DNA of 61,926 nt, counting the filler, from Chiloscyllium plagiosum (Eukaryota): assembly GCF_004010195.1 (NCBI RefSeq). It is 3 parts of one record of this genome, joined end to end, with 100 filler letters (N's around TTAATTAATTAA, not from the genome) between each part and the next. Parts side by side here need not be neighbours in the genome. Positions count along the whole stretch, not along the records: positions 53,549 to 61,926 come from NC_057714.1; 2 more parts are not named here. One strand, 5' to 3'. How positions within the stretch are numbered: the stretch's first letter is position 1; every line of letters begins with the position of its first letter. The translations under genes and the position numbers were made by a program. The notes under the pieces are model-generated. The model was not told where the DNA came from. It ran no database searches and was given only the letters and a program-made list of their open reading frames with translations. Positions 57,700-61,926 of the stretch are shown here, in pieces.

Positions 57700-60325
57700 C
57701 TGACATCGTGAATGTCACCTGTTACATCACTTCCGCCCCTGTGGATGCCACTGTAGGCACTGCTTCCACCTCCCGACCCCCAGAGTGAGAGTCACTTCCG
57801 TTGGTGATGTCACTCCCGACCCCATAACCATACTCACTCCAGATACAGTCTCCGCACCCACTCCCCATTCCACACCCACACCAGGTCCTAGCTCCCACCC
57901 TGCTGTGCCTTTACCATTCCCCCCCAGACCTCCCCCTCACTGAGGATGAATGGTCAGTTCTCAGTAAAGGCCTCACCTTCAGCCCCCTACACTTCCAGAT
58001 CAATGAATTTAACACGCTTTGCGATCTCAAACTTTTCTTCCACTGCTTCCGTCTCTGTGTTTACTTTTTCCATCAGGATTCATACCCGCCCACCCACTGG
58101 GGACCCCTTCTCCCATCTCCTACATACCCCATTCACCTGGACACCATGTGTTGGTCCATTACCTGCCCTCGACCTCTTTATCTCCAATTGCCTCCGTGAC
58201 ATTGACCGCCTCAACCTGTCCACTCCCCTCACCGACTCCCTCACCTTCACAACACTCCACTCCACTCCCTCCACTCCAACCCCAACCTCATCATCAAATC
58301 AGTGGATAAGGTGGAGGGGGGTGCGCTGTGGTAGTTTGGTGCGCTGACCTCTAGACAATTGAAGCCAGGTGCCAACTCACGGCCAACTCCTTCTACTAGC
58401 CCGTCAACCACAACCTCACCTCCCATCACCAAACCATCATCTCCTAGACCATCTACAACCTCTTCACCTCAGGAGATCTCCCATCCACAGCCTCCAACCT
58501 CATCTTTCGGGAACTTTGCACCACCCAGTTCTACCTCCTACCCAAAATTCACAAACCTTACTTCCCCGGTCGACCCATCATCCCTGCCTGCTCCTGCCCC
58601 AGTCCCACCAGACTTATCTCCTCAATCCTTGATACCGTTCTGTCCGCCTTCGTCCAGGAACTCTCCATGTACATTTGGGACACCACACACACGCCCTCCA
58701 CCTCCTCCATGACTTTCATTTCCCCGGCCCCCAACGCCTTATCTTCACTATGGACATCCAGTCCCTGTACACATCCATCCGCCTGACAGAGGCATCCAAG
58801 CCCTCCGTTTCTTCCTCTCCCGCCCGACCCAACCAGTACCCTTCCACTGACAGAATCATTTGATTGGCTGAACTCACCCTCAACAATTTCTCCTTAGAAT
58901 CCTCCCACTTCCTCCAGATCAAAAGGGGTAGCCATGAACACCCGCATGGGCTCGAGTTTTGCCTGCCTTTTGGTCGGGTACGTGGAACAGTCCATCTTCC
59001 ACAGATACTCTGGCACTATTCCCCACCTTTTCCTCTGCTATCGAAGACTGTATCGGCGCCACCTTGTGCTCCCATGAGGAGGTTGAACTTCACGAACACC
59101 TTCCACCCTGATCTTAAGTTCACTTTGACCATCTCGGACACCACCCTCCCCTTCCTGGAGCTCTCCATCTCCATTTTCAGCGACTGACTCAACACGGATA
59201 TCTATTACAAACTCACCGAATCTCACAGCTACCTGGACTACACCTCGTCCCACCCTGCATCCTGCAGAAACACTATCCCTTATTCCCAATTCCTCCACCT
59301 CTGCTGCATCTGCTCCCAGGATCACCAATTCCACCATAGAATGTCCCAGATGGCCTCCTGCTTCAGGGACCGCAATCTCCCCTCCCACATAGTCAACAAT
59401 GCCCTCCAGCGTATCTCCTCCACTTCCAGCACCTCTGCTCTTGAAACCCCCCCCCTACAATTGCAACAAGGACAGACTTCTCTGGTCCACACCTTCCATC
59501 TCACCAACCTCCGGATACAGCACATCATCCTCTGCATTTCCGCCACCTACAAACAGAGCCCACCACCAGATAAATATTTCCCTCCCCACCCCTATCTGTG
59601 TTCCGCAGAGACCATTCCCTCTGCAATTCTCTTGTTAGTTCCACGCGCCCCTACCAACCCATCCTCCCCTCCTGGTACCTTCCCCTGCCGCCACAAGAAA
59701 TGCAAAACCTGTGGCCACACCTCCCCTTTCACCACCATCCAAGGCCCCAAAGGATCCTTCCACATCCAACAGAAATTTATCTGCACTTCCACACAAGTCA
59801 CCTTCTCTATCTGTTGCACCCGATGTGGTCTCCTCTACATCGGGGAGACAGGACGCTAACTTGCGGAATGTTTCAGGACATTCTCTAGGACACATGCACC
59901 AATCAACCCCACCCCACCGCCCTTTGTCCGACCACTTCAACTCCCCCTCCTGTTGCACCAAGGTCCTTGGCTTCCTCCATCGCCAAACCCTAACCACCCA
60001 AAGCTTGGAAGAAGAACGCCTCATCCAACCACACAGGATTTGCCCAAAATGTCGATTTCGAAGCTCCTTTGATGCTGCCTGAACTGCTGTGCTCTTCCAG
60101 CACCACTAATCCACACAGGATCAATGTTGATTTCGCCAGTTTCCTCATTTCCCCTCACCCCACCTTATCCCAGATCCAACCCTTTAACTTGACACCATCT
60201 TCCTGAGCTGTCCCACCTGTCCATTTCCCTTCCCACCTGTCCGCTCCACCCTCCTGTCGGACCTATCACCATCACACCGCCTTCATCCACCTATTGCATT
60301 CCTTTCCAGCACCACACTTTTTGAC
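57700..60325 (+). mobile_element. Near full-length degenerate Penelope-like element (Neptune-type): RT, Cys linker, GIY-YIG
   Basis: FYLLPKIHK, GRPII, FTMDIQSLYTSI, LTLNNFS, DIYYK..HSYLDYTSSHP, CRHKKCKTC, CTRCGLLYIGETGR; many frameshifts and stops. Confidence 0.92.
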
Positions 60326-60579
60326 TGAGAAACTTATCAGCCATGATTGAATGGTGGAGCAGACTCGATGGGCTGAATGGCCTAATTTCTGCTCCTATGT
60401 TTTATGGTCCTATGGTCTTAAACCCAGTCCCAGTGCATGTACTCTACCTTGATTTCCGATTCGGTTATTGTTACATCTTGGTGCTTGAAATGGCAATCCT
60501 GCTGAATTATCCGGAGATTTTCAACTTCTTTTCTCAATTTTTCCTGTGAAGACAGTTGCAATAATGAAAACATATGAAA

Positions 60580-61136
60580 TGTGGCATGATGGCTCAGTGG
60601 TTAGCACTGTTGCCTCACAGTGCCAGAGACCTGGGTACAATTCCAGCCTCAGGCAACTGTCTGTGTGGCGTTTGCACATTCTCCCCATATCTGCATGGGC
60701 TTCTTCTGGGTGCTCCAGTTTCCTCCCACTGTCCAAAGATGTGAAGGTTAGGTCAATTGGCCATGCTAAATTGCCCATAGGAGAAAGTGAGGACTGGAGA
60801 TCAGAGCTGAAAATGTGGTGCTGGAAAAGCGCAGCAGGTCAGGCAGTATCCAAGGAGCGGGAGAATCGACGTTTCAGGCATGAGCCCTTCTTGAGCTCAT
60901 GCCCGAAACGTCGATTCTCCTGCTCCTTGGATGCTGCCTGACCTTCTGCGCTTTTCCATAAATTGCCCAAAGGATTGTGTAGGTTAGGTACATTAGTCAG
61001 GGGATACACTGTAGGAAATCTAAACTAATCATAACAATATAAGATAGGGGAATGGGTCTGGGTGGGTTACTCTTCAGATGGGTTGGTGTGTGTTGTTGGG
61101 CCAAAGGGCCTGTTTCCACACTATAGGGATTCTAAT
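60580..61136 (+). mobile_element. HE1 V-SINE containing a PLE family A inverted mini-insertion (~60780-60958)
   Basis: TSD taaattgccca at 60767-60777 and 60959-60969; near-perfect inverted arms around gagcccttcttgagctc. Confidence 0.88.
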
Positions 61137-61641
61137 TCAAAAAGGGGAGTTCTGACTCAGGGGCTTTACTGCCTCCTACTGATCACTGACCAGGACAGTT
61201 TGATTCTTGGTAAAGAAACAAAGGCAGCAGCATTTTTGTAGCAGCTTCGGATATCTTCAAGTGTTTCGCAGAGAAGGAAGCATTTTTCCAAGTACATTCA
61301 TAGATGTGGGAGACGCAGTAGACAGTTTACACACAGACAGTAATGAGATAAATTACCTTATTGAATGAGACTAATTATTGCCCAGGTCACTTTGAATTAA
61401 GCTGCAGTTATGTCCATCTGAGAGGCCAGACAGAAACTCCATTTAATGTTTAATTCAACAATACAGCACTCAACAATATAACACTGAGAATGCCAGCCTC
61501 GATTCTGTTCCCATATCTCTGAATCCCACAACCTCTCCGTTCAGAAACATCGTGTCGTGGCTGCACCAAGCCCTGATGGTGCAATGGTGCAAGGATTTGT
61601 CTCAATCTGCCGAAGGGTTGGAGAGATTGCTAGTGAGTATC

Positions 61642-61926
61642 TGAGCTGAAAAATGTGTTGCTGGAAAAGCGCAGCAGGTCAGGCATCATCCAAGGAGCAG
61701 GAGAATCGACGTTTCGGGCATGAGCCCTTCTTCAGGAATGAGGAGGGTGTGCCAAGCAGGTTAAGATAAAAGGTAGGGAGGAGGGACTTGAGGGAGGAGT
61801 GTTGGTAATGCGATAGTTGGAAGGAGGTTAAGGTGAGGGTAATAGGCCGGAGAGGGGGGTGGGGGCGGAGAGGTCGGGAAGAAGATTGCAGGTCAAGAAT
61901 GCGGTGCTGAGTCTGAGGGTTGGGAC
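61642..61926 (-). mobile_element. Penelope-like element (family A) 3' end running off the window
   Basis: Reverse homolog of 38760-39040; hammerhead core at 61708-61735. Confidence 0.88.

Overview
Vertebrate nuclear DNA, most likely from a shark or ray. This is inferred from many HE1-type V-SINEs and HER1-like CR1 LINEs. The window is dominated by nested retroelements: CR1 LINE fragments, a second L2/CR1-group LINE with a partner SINE, HE1 SINEs, at least four Penelope-like element (PLE) families, a solo LTR, and small Tc1/mariner-superfamily remnants. It also holds several assembly gaps and three kinds of minisatellite: a 3.65 kb array of 41-bp units, a 12-bp array born inside a CR1 ORF, and 51-52-bp arrays born repeatedly inside HE1 SINEs. 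No complete host gene is visible. The best host-gene signal is a candidate minus-strand first coding exon (Kozak ATG, METFYW, then GTAAGT) at 3791-3808, with a possible second phase-0 alternative first exon near 40190. This suggests the window is the 5' intronic or promoter region of a large gene. The most notable observations are four. (1) Many PLE termini carry minimal hammerhead-ribozyme cores (CUGANGA-helix II-GAAA), and several occur as 130-240 bp head-to-head inverted mini-insertions with 10-14 bp target-site duplications. (2) One SINE body matches both the 5' region and the 3' tail of one LINE family. (3) One CR1 has an in-frame endonuclease-to-RT deletion. (4) A 126-bp locally templated insertion is present. 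All very long ORFs in the supplied track are artefacts of repeats or N-gaps. Family names come from recalled motifs, not from database searches, and most element boundaries are approximate.
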